From the NCBI GenBank assembly GCA_965204965.1, contig OZ242026.1, forward strand, positions 1,738,458-1,802,457: a stretch of 64,000 nt of DNA, written 5' to 3'. The DNA is from Nitrospirales bacterium. GTDB lineage: Bacteria > Nitrospirota > Nitrospiria > Nitrospirales > UBA8639. A program made the translations under genes and the position numbers. Below are positions 34,086 to 43,831 of this stretch, piece after piece. How positions within the stretch are numbered: position 1 is the stretch's first letter; every line of letters starts with the position of its first letter. The notes below the pieces were generated by a model. It was not told where the DNA came from, made no database searches, and worked only from the letters and a program-made list of their open reading frames with translations.

Positions 34086-34352
34086 GTGGTAAAGGAAGTG
34101 CGCGCACTCATTCATGATTGCAACAACACCGGAAGGGTCCTGATCATCCGGAATGGCCTTTACGGCCCGGGACCGTATTCCAAAACACTGGCCGGCCTTG
34201 ACCAACGACGCACTGGGAAAGGACGTTTCTCTCCGGTCATGGCGCACTGGTTTGTCCATGCCATTCAGCAAATTACCGAACGGGTCAAAGGACCAACAAG
34301 GATGGCTGAGACAAAGCTGGGGCTTCTATCAACCTTTACCATCACACAATAA
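34086..34352 (+). pseudogene. 3'-terminal fragment copied from the CbiX-like gene
   Basis: VKEVRALIHDCNNTGRVLIIRNGLYGPGPYSKTLAGLDQRRTGKGRFSPVMAHWFVHAIQQITERVKGP compares with VKEVREFIKESNKTGKVLVISNRLYGPGPYPKMLAGLDFEINGKGFLSPAMAHWLDQSIQQVTEELKGP (27520-27740). Confidence 0.75.
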
Positions 34353-34364
34353 GGAGGTAGATCC

Positions 34365-34601
34365 ATGCGGTACATTCACCACATCACTCGATCTTTTGTC
34401 GTGCTCAGTCTGCTGGCGTTCGTTCTTGTTCTTGGTTTCTCCGGCATGGCCATGGCTGATGACAAAGCAGCCGACATGAAACCTGCCGAGGCCCAAGCAG
34501 ATGGTGAAAAGAAGGCCGATGACAAGGGCGCTGGTGAAAAGAAAGCCGAAGGCGGGGGCGACGGTGAAAAGAAAGCCGAAGGCGAGAAAAAGGCAGAGTG
34601 A
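34365..34601 (+). CDS. small secreted or anchored KADGE/KAEGE repeat protein, copy 2
   Basis: AAGGAGG SD upstream. MRYIHHITRSFVVLSLLAFVLVLGFSGMAMA then DDKAADMKPAEAQADGEKKADDKGAGEKKAEGGGDGEKKAEGEKKAE. Confidence 0.6.
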   Translation: MRYIHHITRSFVVLSLLAFVLVLGFSGMAMADDKAADMKPAEAQADGEKKADDKGAGEKKAEGGGDGEKKAEGEKKAE

Positions 34602-34634
34602 GCCAAGTAACAACTATTCTGCCGTCACAATCTT

Positions 34635-34665
34635 GCGGAACTGAGGCCCAGTGCCTCAGTTCCGC
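34635..34665 (+). other. hairpin GCGGAACTGAGG-N7-CCTCAGTTCCGC, second copy
   Basis: Same stem as 28071..28100. Confidence 0.7.
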
Positions 34666-34863
34666 CCTCACGTGCTGAACCGATCCTTCCTAGAAGAGCC
34701 TATCCGTAATCCCGTTCAAGTAGCGACTGCCGGAAAAAGTCAGAGGAAATGATTAACCTTTTCTCCATAGATTCAGGACCCTTTGGCTGAAAAATTGATT
34801 GCAGACCGTCATAAGGTCTTTTTTCATCCTTCTTGATGCAGAGCTGCGCCATCCTGTCAAGGT

Positions 34864-37662
34864 TCATTGTCCCTCGTCATCTTGCAAGAAACGATCGACC
34901 TGCTCTTTCAACTTCGTTTGAATGGATTCACACGTCGCCGTTTCTTCGACTTTGTTGCCGTTGCGTTCCGTGACGTGGAACACGTCCACAACCTGGTCGA
35001 GACGCGTGCCGATCTTAGCCGAGTGGACTGAAAGCCCGAGGGCATGCAGCGTTTTGGCGATCTCATGCAGCAGGCCTTGTTTGTCATCGGCAAACACGTC
35101 GATTACGGTAAAGTGGTCCGACGTATCATTATCAATCTTGACCTCGGTGCGGTTCCGGCGAATCGGTTTTTGGCTCCCAAATGACACGCGTCGATTCTGT
35201 GCCATAAAGGCTTCAATCGAGAGTTCTCCCTTCAACACACTGACGATCGCCTTTCCCACTTTTTCCAACCTCGCCGGCGTCGGCTCGCCGATGAAATCAG
35301 GGTCTTTGACCCAAAACGTATCTACCACAACGCCGTCAGGTTTCGTCACAATCTGAGCGTCAAGCACCCGCAGGCCCTTGGCAGCCAACACGCCCGTCAT
35401 CTTCATGAACATCCCGGACGCCATGGAATCAAAAGCAATGAGCGAATACTCACAGACCTTGAGTTCACGGTTGTAGGTGGAGACAACCCCGGGACGCTCC
35501 ACGGTCAGGGATCGGATGGCGGAAAGGTGCGCAATGATACGATTTTTGGCCGTGCCGGAAAGATACCGTACCGGAAACGTCTCCAATTGGCTCTTGACCC
35601 ACTCACGGTTCGGAGGAGCCTGGCTCTCGTCAGCTTGTTCACCCGCCGCCACGTGGGAAGCCGACGATTTCCAAGCCGCCAGGACCTCGTGCGTGACGTC
35701 CTCGATGTGCGAAGCGGATTCCACCCCTGCGCTTTGTCCGGACACTTCAGGAAGGGACATATGATAGAGTTCAATCAACAACGCTTCTTTCCATTTCGTC
35801 AGCACGCCCGGCCCCACCGCCGCAATGTCCGCGGCCGTCAGAAGCAAGAGTTGTTTCAAGCGTTCGGGAGCGTCCACGGCCCGGCTGAACGTGTGCCGCA
35901 CTTTTTCATCATGAGGATCCCGTCGAAAAGCCGTATTGGCCATCAACAGGTGTTCATGAACCAGGAACTCCAGGGTTCGGGATTCTTGTACATCAAGTCC
36001 TAATCTGACGGATACGTCCTGAGCGATCTTTCGGCCGACTTCGCTGTGGTCTTCAGGGAGGCCTTTCCCCACGTCGTGAAGAAGCACGGCCAGGTGCAGA
36101 AGATCCTTCTCTCGAATTTCCTGGTACGCCTGGCCCAACATTCCCGGTTGTTTCCCTAACGTCTCGACTTTTTTCACGGCCAGGAGGCTATGTTCGTCCA
36201 CCGTATATTTGTGGTATTGGTTGAATTGCATGAGGCCCCGTACACGACCAAAAGCGGGAATCAGTTTTTCCAAAACCCGAGCCTGATGCATTGACGTCAA
36301 GGTATCGGCAACTGCCTCGGGTCCTGACAATATTTCTCGAAACCCCCGACTGACGTCCTGGGTAGCAAACAGATGGTCCGGTACGCCTTCCATGTGGCGA
36401 TGAATCTCTTCCAGCACCAACCCATCAACCGGTACGCCTTGTTTTTGCGAGACCTGAAAGAGGCTCAAGAGATGCTTCGGCTCATCAAGGACCTGCATGA
36501 TTTTGTCCTCATGGATGGACAACTTCCCGTCAACCGTTTGAAAAAAGCCGTCGATCAACGGAGCCGGCCACAGTCGTCTGAGGCGAGTCCAGAGGTTTGC
36601 GGAATCTGCACGCTCCGCAAATCGCATCGCACGCTGATGAATGCCGGTAGTCAGACGATAATACTGCTGCATGAACTGTTCGACGCCCAGCAGATGCGGT
36701 TCATCGCGATAGCCAAACTCTTCAGCCATGCGCACTTGTTCGTCGAACGACAATATTTCCTGGGCGCGCCCTGCGCCCAAATGGAGCAAGGCGCGCACTT
36801 TGAACAAAAACTCTCTTGCTTCGAGCAAGGCCGAATAATCATGATGCGCCAAGACGCCACGATCGACCAACTCCTGCAACGTGGAGGCTTGGTACCGGGC
36901 CATGCCGACCCATTGCAGCAAGTGGGCGTCTCTTAACCCACCTTTACTTTTCTTGACGTTCGGTTCCAAGAGAAACACGGTCTCTCCGAACTTGGCATAG
37001 TCCTGCTCCCGTTCTTCGAGTTTCTCGCGGATGAAATTCCCCACTCGTTTTCCCAGCACGCGCTTGGCAAACCGTCGTTGAAACTCTTGAAAGACGACCG
37101 GATTGCCGACCAAAAACCGTGACTCCATCAGCGCGGTTTTAGCCGACAAATCCCCCTCTGCCACGACCATACAATCGTGAATCGACCGGACACTATGACC
37201 CACCTGAAACCCCAAATCCCACAAATGGTGAAACACTTGCTTGGAGAGATCCTGAACGACCGTGCCACCGCCGGCGCGATACAGCATCATGACGTCGATA
37301 TCGGAAAACGGAGCCAGTTCACGCCGGCCGTACCCTCCCACGGCCACCAGACAACAGTGCTGCATACCCGAAGACGTATCGCCGCTCAGTTGCCTGATCA
37401 CGCTTCGATATCTACCGATCAGGACCGTATCCACGAGGAAGGTAAAATCCGACACGACTTCCGTCCCGGACGCCCCTTCGCGCAATCGCCCGAGCATGCC
37501 TTCACGGCGCGCCTCAAGGACGGCTTGCGTGGAGGTCGCCCCCGATTGAGACGAACCCACCACTTGTTCCATAGGTTCCTGATTCACCGACGTACCCCTG
37601 TGACGTTGTCGTCCATCACGTTCCTGATTTCCTCGTATACCGGCTTGAACATTGTGCGTCAA
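34864..37662 (-). CDS. glnD: [protein-PII] uridylyltransferase / uridylyl-removing enzyme
   Basis: Nucleotidyltransferase domain (VAVGGYGRRELAPFSDIDVMMLY), HD domain (LAVLLHDVGKG), and two C-terminal ACT domains. The exact start is uncertain. Confidence 0.9.
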   Translation of the reverse strand: MTHNVQAGIRGNQERDGRQRHRGTSVNQEPMEQVVGSSQSGATSTQAVLEARREGMLGRLREGASGTEVVSDFTFLVDTVLIGRYRSVIRQLSGDTSSGMQHCCLVAVGGYGRRELAPFSDIDVMMLYRAGGGTVVQDLSKQVFHHLWDLGFQVGHSVRSIHDCMVVAEGDLSAKTALMESRFLVGNPVVFQEFQRRFAKRVLGKRVGNFIREKLEEREQDYAKFGETVFLLEPNVKKSKGGLRDAHLLQWVGMARYQASTLQELVDRGVLAHHDYSALLEAREFLFKVRALLHLGAGRAQEILSFDEQVRMAEEFGYRDEPHLLGVEQFMQQYYRLTTGIHQRAMRFAERADSANLWTRLRRLWPAPLIDGFFQTVDGKLSIHEDKIMQVLDEPKHLLSLFQVSQKQGVPVDGLVLEEIHRHMEGVPDHLFATQDVSRGFREILSGPEAVADTLTSMHQARVLEKLIPAFGRVRGLMQFNQYHKYTVDEHSLLAVKKVETLGKQPGMLGQAYQEIREKDLLHLAVLLHDVGKGLPEDHSEVGRKIAQDVSVRLGLDVQESRTLEFLVHEHLLMANTAFRRDPHDEKVRHTFSRAVDAPERLKQLLLLTAADIAAVGPGVLTKWKEALLIELYHMSLPEVSGQSAGVESASHIEDVTHEVLAAWKSSASHVAAGEQADESQAPPNREWVKSQLETFPVRYLSGTAKNRIIAHLSAIRSLTVERPGVVSTYNRELKVCEYSLIAFDSMASGMFMKMTGVLAAKGLRVLDAQIVTKPDGVVVDTFWVKDPDFIGEPTPARLEKVGKAIVSVLKGELSIEAFMAQNRRVSFGSQKPIRRNRTEVKIDNDTSDHFTVIDVFADDKQGLLHEIAKTLHALGLSVHSAKIGTRLDQVVDVFHVTERNGNKVEETATCESIQTKLKEQVDRFLQDDEGQ

Positions 37663-39437
37663 CGCTTAACGTAACGATTGGTAATCGGCATCCGGCGATC
37701 TTTCCCTAACGCCTTTTGCGTGATTTTGATCCCGATCGGAGCCTGGCGGCGTTTGTATTCACTGCGGTCCACCATGGCCATCACGCGCCGGACGGTTTGC
37801 AAAGGAAACCCCCTATCCACGATTTCCCGAAGTGAACGATCTTGTTCAACGTACGCTTCCAGGATGGGGTCAAGGACATCATAGGGCGGCAGGGTGTCCT
37901 GATCGGTTTGACCGGGCTTGAGTTCGGCCGACGGCGCCCGGGCGATGATCCGTTGGGGAATCACGGCCTTGCCATGGGCATCAACGGCCTTGCGGTTCCG
38001 ATACCCGGCCAAGTCATAGACCAGGACTTTGGAGACGTCTTTAATCACGGCGAACCCGCCGGCCATATCTCCGTACAGGGTGGCATACCCGACGCTCATT
38101 TCACTCTTGTTGCCGGTCGTCAGGACCAAGTCTCCGAACTTGTTGGACAGAGCCATCACAAGGGTACCACGGATGCGCGCCTGGAGATTTTCTTCCGTGG
38201 CATCGGACGCGCGTTCGCCGAACGTTCCAGACAGGGTCCGCACGTATTGTTTCCAGAGACGCGTAATCGGAATGGTCAACAACCGAACGTTCAACGCCTT
38301 CAGCAAGGCTTTGGCGTCAACGCGACTTTCCGGCGAGGTAAAGGGTGAGGGCATGAATACCCCCGTCACCCGGTCAGGTCCAAGAGCATCCGCGGCAATC
38401 ACAGCAGTCAGGGCCGAATCGATCCCTCCGCTGACCGCGACCAACACGCGACGAAAACCGTTCTTCCTGACGTAGTCCCGCACCCCCGTTACCAAGGCCC
38501 GGTAGATTTGTTCCACATCGTCAGGCAAGTCCGGCTTTGTGAGCGGCACCGGCTTATTCGGTTTTCGTCGCGGCACCGGAAACAGCCTGACTCGCTTGAC
38601 GGGATACCGTTGCGTAGACCGCGTGTCCCTACCCGATGAACGCGCCTTCCCATCAAACGACAGGTCGGTCACCAGCAGATCTTCTTCAAAGGCCTGGGCC
38701 CGCGTGAGGACCGTTCCCGTTCGATCAACGATCATACTGTTTCCATCAAAGACGACTTCGTCCTGCCCTCCGACCATGTTGGTATAACTCACCACCACGT
38801 CGTTTTCCGTTGCGCGTTGCACCAACATGCGTTCCCGCGTCCGTCCTTTTCCCACGTGATAGGGGGAGGCGTTGATATTCAGGATCAATTGCGCTCGCCC
38901 GACAAAAACCTGGTCACGCGTTGGCCCGCCGGCGTACCAGATATCCTCACAGATGTTGACGCCAAACCGCACGCCTTGGACCTGGCAGACCAGCGCCCTT
39001 TTGCCGGGCGAAAAATACCGGCTTTCGTCGAATACCCCGTAATTCGGCAGGAACGTTTTTTGGCAAGTGGCCACGACCTGCCGGTCATGAATCACCGCTG
39101 CTGCATTGAACACGTGCCGGAGCCCCGAGGGCACGACCAAGGGAGCCGAATTCCGCAAACGAATCCTTCCACCTTCTTCAAGATATCCGACGACCACGGT
39201 GAGGCCCCTGCACTGTGTCGTCAACCATAGAAGGGCTTGATACGTGTCGCGGAGAAAGCTCGGGCGTAAGACCAAGTCTTCAGGCGGATAGCCGGTGATC
39301 GCCAGTTCCGGGAAGACGACGATATCCGCACCAGCCCGACGGGCGCGCTTCACCCATTGCCCCATCGCACGAACGTTCCCGTCCACGTCGCCCACGACGG
39401 GATTCATCTGAACCATGGCAAGTCGGCAAGTCTGCAT
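37659..39437 (-). CDS. nadE: glutamine-dependent NAD+ synthetase
   Basis: N-terminal nitrilase/CN-hydrolase domain (VVFPELAITGYPPEDL, GVNICEDIWY) and a C-terminal NAD synthase domain (VLVAVSGGIDSALTA). The start was set at ATG 39437, which is tentative. Confidence 0.9.
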   Translation of the reverse strand: MQTCRLAMVQMNPVVGDVDGNVRAMGQWVKRARRAGADIVVFPELAITGYPPEDLVLRPSFLRDTYQALLWLTTQCRGLTVVVGYLEEGGRIRLRNSAPLVVPSGLRHVFNAAAVIHDRQVVATCQKTFLPNYGVFDESRYFSPGKRALVCQVQGVRFGVNICEDIWYAGGPTRDQVFVGRAQLILNINASPYHVGKGRTRERMLVQRATENDVVVSYTNMVGGQDEVVFDGNSMIVDRTGTVLTRAQAFEEDLLVTDLSFDGKARSSGRDTRSTQRYPVKRVRLFPVPRRKPNKPVPLTKPDLPDDVEQIYRALVTGVRDYVRKNGFRRVLVAVSGGIDSALTAVIAADALGPDRVTGVFMPSPFTSPESRVDAKALLKALNVRLLTIPITRLWKQYVRTLSGTFGERASDATEENLQARIRGTLVMALSNKFGDLVLTTGNKSEMSVGYATLYGDMAGGFAVIKDVSKVLVYDLAGYRNRKAVDAHGKAVIPQRIIARAPSAELKPGQTDQDTLPPYDVLDPILEAYVEQDRSLREIVDRGFPLQTVRRVMAMVDRSEYKRRQAPIGIKITQKALGKDRRMPITNRYVKR

Positions 39438-39582
39438 CGCAAAAAAAAACGCCCTCTTCCCTTCTGGGGAAGGAGGACGCCTTTGTCCCATCAACCGTCA
39501 ACCGTTCATGAGTCGTCTGTTGGGCTTGTACCAACGATCCGGACGGCCTGTCAAGGAAACGAGATAGAGGACCGATCGTCGG

Positions 39583-40869
39583 TCACGACTGATCCATGGA
39601 TCCACCTTCCAATTCTCCGGCCAGAATGACGGCTTCAGCAATCTCTCGCATGGATTTTCGCATGTTCATGCTTTGACGCTGGAGCAACCTGAACGCATCG
39701 GCTTCCGACAATTTGCGGGAATGCATGAGGTAACCCTTGGCCCGTTCGACGAGTTTCCTGACAGTCAGGGCTTCCTGCATTTCAAATGATTTTTCCATGA
39801 GACGCGTGTGCTCAATGGCTACCGCCGCCTGGTTGGCAATGGCCTGCATGATTTTGATTTCCTTGTCGTCAAAGGCATGCAACGTGGAGGTGTACGTATT
39901 GAGCACACCGATAACCTTTTCCTTGCTCAGCATGGGCACCGACAATAACGAACACAGCGACTCTCGTTTGGCCAGATCCTGGTAAAAAAATTCTTTTTCC
40001 TTCTTCACGTCGGACACGTAAACCGGCCGTTGTTCCTTGACCGCCCTCCCGCTGATACTCTGGCCGATCCTGAGCGGAGGTTTCCGGCGATAGGCTTCGC
40101 TCAGGCTCTGGGTCGCCGCAATACGCAACCGTTGGCTCTCCTCGTCAACCAACATCAGTGAACAGATCGTCGAGTCCATCATCTGCGCCGTCGTCATCAC
40201 GATCAATTGCAGCACTTCCTCGATCACGCGATTGGAAGCGACGGTTTCGGAAACCTGGGACAGGGTATCCAGTTGTAACGTTTGTCGCTTCATTTCATCA
40301 TACAAACGAGCGTTTTCAATGGCGCCCCCGACCTGGTTCGCAATCGTCGACAGCAGCGCCAGTTCGGCGTCCTGATAGCGCCTCGCCCGCTTGTGTTGCA
40401 CGTTAATGACCCCGATGACATTGCCTTTGGTCACCACGGGAAGCGAGACGAACGCCTGATACCGGTCTTCCGGCAAATTGTGAAATAACTTAAACCGGGG
40501 ATCATCGCTCGCGTGGCGAGGAATGACCACCGGCACCCTTTCCTGGGCCACCCAGCCCGTAATGCCTTCTCCCAACCCAACGGAGATCCGGCCGATGAGC
40601 TTGGGATGGGGATTCTTGGATGAGCGCAAGATGAGTTCGTCCCGATTCTCCGAGACGAGATACAACAAACAGGAATCGGCTTTCGTGACTTCGACCACCA
40701 CTTCGACGATCTGTTTGAGCACGGCTTCCAAATCGAGCGTGCTGCTGATCGACTCGCTAATCCGGTACAACACTTCCACTTCCCGCGTTCGTTCACGCAA
40801 GACGGCCTTGACGTCCGGTTTGGACCTCTTGGGGGACTTCTTTGTCGGCGTTTTCTTTCCTGGAGGCAT
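39583..40869 (-). CDS. tandem GAF domain / ANTAR RNA-binding antiterminator-type regulator
   Basis: Two GAF-like segments and a C-terminal ANTAR domain (LVERAKGYLMHSRKLSEADAFRLLQRQSMNMRKSMREIAEAVI). The start was set at MPPGKK because the longer ORF crosses a REP element. Confidence 0.8.
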   Translation of the reverse strand: MPPGKKTPTKKSPKRSKPDVKAVLRERTREVEVLYRISESISSTLDLEAVLKQIVEVVVEVTKADSCLLYLVSENRDELILRSSKNPHPKLIGRISVGLGEGITGWVAQERVPVVIPRHASDDPRFKLFHNLPEDRYQAFVSLPVVTKGNVIGVINVQHKRARRYQDAELALLSTIANQVGGAIENARLYDEMKRQTLQLDTLSQVSETVASNRVIEEVLQLIVMTTAQMMDSTICSLMLVDEESQRLRIAATQSLSEAYRRKPPLRIGQSISGRAVKEQRPVYVSDVKKEKEFFYQDLAKRESLCSLLSVPMLSKEKVIGVLNTYTSTLHAFDDKEIKIMQAIANQAAVAIEHTRLMEKSFEMQEALTVRKLVERAKGYLMHSRKLSEADAFRLLQRQSMNMRKSMREIAEAVILAGELEGGSMDQS

Positions 40870-40888
40870 CTCAAGAATGTCCAAGTTT

Positions 40889-40924
40889 CCCTCTCCCCGC
40901 GGGAGAGGGTTTGGATAAGGGGTC
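40889..40924. repeat. REP-like palindrome type I
   Basis: CCCTCTCCC-CGC-GGGAGAGGG followed by TTTGGATAAGGGG, in the aroB / GAF-ANTAR intergenic region. Confidence 0.75.
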
Positions 40925-40928
40925 TTGC

Positions 40929-42020
40929 TCAACTGAACTGCGCATGCCACCGTCTCACCGCGCGCGGTTCCAGCGGCAAGACTTGAACACGGCCTATCGA
41001 CCGGGGAAGCACGCAATAGATGGTGCCGCCCGCCACCTTTTTATCATGGCCCATGGCCCCCCAGAATTTCAAAAAACTGTGGGCCGGCATGCGCACGGGA
41101 AGGCCCGTTCTCTGTATCAGGGTCCGTTGCCTGTCGACCACGGCCGCCGAGCACAACTCCAAATGATGGGCCAGGAGGGCTTCATGCACCATGCCGATTC
41201 CCACGGCCTCACCATGGATATATTTTCGGTACCGGCTCAGGGATTCCAACGCGTGACCGATCGTGTGTCCATAATTCAAAATGCGGCGCAGACCCGATTC
41301 CCGTTCATCCTTGGCCACTACCTTCGCTTTGATCTCACAACAACGCTTCACAACCATTTGGACGTCCGTCTCCCGCATATCGAGAATGTGTTCCATCCGG
41401 TCTTCCAAAAACGCGAAAAATTGTCTATCGGCAATGACCCCGTATTTGATCACTTCGGCCAACCCGGCCAACCACTCCCGTCTGGGGAGGGTTCGTAACG
41501 TACTCGTATCGGATACCACGAGCGCCGGCTGGTAGAACGCGCCGATCAAATTCTTCCCTGAGGGATGATTGACCCCGGTTTTCCCGCCCACACTGGAATC
41601 CACTTGGGCCACCAGCGTGGTCGCCACTTGAATGAAAGGGATGCCTCGCAGATACATCGACGCGGCAAAGCCCGTAATATCGCCAATGACCCCTCCGCCC
41701 AACGCTACAAGCGCAGACCGGCGTTCGAATCGATGCTTGACCAATTCGTCGATGATGGACGAGGCCCACCGAAGCGTTTTGGTCCGCTCACCTTCCGGAA
41801 TGCTGATCATGTGACAGGCGAAGCCCGCTTTGACAAGCGCCTGTTTGAGCGATGCCCCATACAAACGGGCCAGCGCCGGATTGGTCACGACGCCGACTTT
41901 CCCGGACAGTCCCAATCCCTGCAAATATGCTCCCATCCGGCGAAGGCTGCCGGGAGCGATCACGATGTCGTAGCTTCGCTTGCCGAGACCGACTTTGACA
42001 ATTTCTTTCGAGCGAGTCAT
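40929..42020 (-). CDS. aroB: 3-dehydroquinate synthase
   Basis: GGGVIGDITGFAASMYLRGIPFIQVATTLVAQVDSSVGGKTGVNHPSGKNLIGAFYQP. Confidence 0.95.
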   Translation of the reverse strand: MTRSKEIVKVGLGKRSYDIVIAPGSLRRMGAYLQGLGLSGKVGVVTNPALARLYGASLKQALVKAGFACHMISIPEGERTKTLRWASSIIDELVKHRFERRSALVALGGGVIGDITGFAASMYLRGIPFIQVATTLVAQVDSSVGGKTGVNHPSGKNLIGAFYQPALVVSDTSTLRTLPRREWLAGLAEVIKYGVIADRQFFAFLEDRMEHILDMRETDVQMVVKRCCEIKAKVVAKDERESGLRRILNYGHTIGHALESLSRYRKYIHGEAVGIGMVHEALLAHHLELCSAAVVDRQRTLIQRTGLPVRMPAHSFLKFWGAMGHDKKVAGGTIYCVLPRSIGRVQVLPLEPRAVRRWHAQFS

Positions 42021-42083
42021 GAGCAGCCAAGCACCCGGCTTTTCCGGTTGAACGATACCATCGGTTGAAGATGGGTCAAGAGA

Positions 42084-43244
42084 CTAGAAATTCTTCACGT
42101 ATTCCTGGTACGCGTCGTAATTTCGTTTCATTTCATCGACGTTGTCGCCGGCGAACTTTTCCAACATGGCATTGGCCATTTCATAGGCAATGACGGCTTC
42201 CCCTACCACACCGGCAGCGGGTACCGTACAGATGTCGGAACGTTCCACCGTGGCTTCGAAGGGTTTTTTGGTTTGAATATCCACGCTGTTCTTGGGTTGA
42301 TACAGAGTGGCAATCGGTTTCATGGCAACCCGCACGACAATAGGTTGGCCGTTCGTTATGCCGCCTTCCAAACCACCGGCATGATTGGTCTCTCTAGCAA
42401 AGCCGGGTTTGATGTCACTGGGATAAATGTCGTCATGGACTTCAGATCCCAGGCGACGTGCAGACTCGAACCCCATGCCGATTTCCACCCCTTTCATGGC
42501 CTGGATACTCATGGCCGCCATGGCCAACCGCGCGCTCAGACGCCGGTCCCACTGCGCGTAACTGCCCAACCCGATTGGGGGATTGGTGACGACCACCTCG
42601 AAGACGCCGCCCAATGAGTCACCGCTCCGTTTCGCCGATTGAATCTGCCCGATCATCTTTTCATTGGCTTCGGAATCGGGACACCGGACCTGAGACTGCT
42701 CAGCCAGTTCATACGCCGCCAGAGGATCGTCCACCGGCGGAATCGCCACGGAGCCGATGCGGGTCGTATAACTGACCACCCGCATATCAAATTGCGACAA
42801 GAGGGCCTTGGCCACGCCGCCGAGGGCCACCCGGATAGCCGTTTCTCTCGCACTGGCCTTTTCGAGCACGTTGCGAATGTCCCGATGGCCGTATTTGATG
42901 GCCCCCACCAAATCGGCATGCCCGGGTCGAGGGCGGGTCACGACGCGTTCTTCCGACGGAGGACCCGGTTCAGCCGCCATGATCTCCTGCCAATTTTCCC
43001 AATCCCGATTACGAACCAGGAGGCCCAACGGATTGCCCAACGTTTTCCCTTTTCGGACCCCGCAATAGAATTCCACCTGATCCTTTTCAATTCGCATCCG
43101 GCCTCCGCGACCATACCCGCCCTGCCTCCGCGCCAGGTCCTGATTGATCATTTCCGCGGTGAGCGGAAGCCCGGCCGGGACCCCTTCCAACACGGCCATC
43201 AGTCCCTTTCCATGGGATTCACCGGCATTCAAATAACGCAACAT
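42084..43244 (-). CDS. aroC: chorismate synthase
   Basis: MLRYLNAGESHGKGLMAVLEGVPAGL..., GRPGHADL, SARETAIRVALG. Confidence 0.95.
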   Translation of the reverse strand: MLRYLNAGESHGKGLMAVLEGVPAGLPLTAEMINQDLARRQGGYGRGGRMRIEKDQVEFYCGVRKGKTLGNPLGLLVRNRDWENWQEIMAAEPGPPSEERVVTRPRPGHADLVGAIKYGHRDIRNVLEKASARETAIRVALGGVAKALLSQFDMRVVSYTTRIGSVAIPPVDDPLAAYELAEQSQVRCPDSEANEKMIGQIQSAKRSGDSLGGVFEVVVTNPPIGLGSYAQWDRRLSARLAMAAMSIQAMKGVEIGMGFESARRLGSEVHDDIYPSDIKPGFARETNHAGGLEGGITNGQPIVVRVAMKPIATLYQPKNSVDIQTKKPFEATVERSDICTVPAAGVVGEAVIAYEMANAMLEKFAGDNVDEMKRNYDAYQEYVKNF

Positions 43245-43269
43245 GTTCCACCTTTATCCGTCTGAGTGT

Positions 43270-43737
43270 TCAGGAATCCCCGCCGAAACGGGGTTCTCGG
43301 ATTTCGGGTTCTTCGTCCAACCAATACGTTTTCTCCGCTGGAGACGTTGCCGTCTCTCCCATCGCCGAAAGAGTCACGCCGTGCTCCGTAATGCGTTTCA
43401 CGACTCGGGAATAGCCGGAAACGACCTGTCCCGGCATGACGATGAGTCGTTCACCCCTCTCGAATTCCAACACGGCCCAACGGCCTTGAACGGATAACAT
43501 CGTTCCCACAACCTTCACGGTTTGAGCACTGCCGTCACGCCCCTGTACGGCAGAGCCCACGGACGTTGGAAGCACAACCGTTGACGCAACGAAAGGATCG
43601 CGATAGCGATCCGAACTATAGCTGAACGAGGGCGAAGGCTCTTGTGTGTTGACCACCACCTGATCATTCGGTCCTGCCTGAACTCCGGCAACGCTCCAGC
43701 ACAGCAAACACATGAGCACGAAAACAATACGTATCAT
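43270..43737 (-). CDS. secreted protein in the PilP position of the pil cluster
   Basis: Signal peptide MIRIVFVLMCLLCWSVAGVQA. It is positioned right after pilO. Sequence similarity to PilP was not established. Confidence 0.45.
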   Translation of the reverse strand: MIRIVFVLMCLLCWSVAGVQAGPNDQVVVNTQEPSPSFSYSSDRYRDPFVASTVVLPTSVGSAVQGRDGSAQTVKVVGTMLSVQGRWAVLEFERGERLIVMPGQVVSGYSRVVKRITEHGVTLSAMGETATSPAEKTYWLDEEPEIREPRFGGDS

Positions 43738-43831
43738 AGGGTTATACCTCTACCTGCAAGGAATTTTGGACTTTTGATTGTGTATTGGAAAATCATAAAA
43801 AAATCAGCAATCCGCAATCCAAAATCCGCAA

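Noticed and set aside
39583-41016. Longer N-terminal extensions of ORFs that read through REP elements (also 389..1747, 4110..4700)
   Set aside because: The extra residues (…PNPLPRGEGN…, …PSPTKGEGV…, …PPLPPRERGEE…) are translations of palindromic repeats. Good internal starts with SD or signal peptides exist downstream.
40842-43265. + strand ORFs 40842..41498, 41565..42068 and 42639..43265 opposite aroB and aroC
   Set aside because: They are antisense to unambiguous housekeeping genes.
43738-43831. AATCCGCAATCC / AAAATCCGCAATC mini-repeats in the pilO / pilP-like spacer
   Set aside because: There are only two short overlapping copies in an AT-rich spacer. That is too little to call a regulatory site or repeat family.
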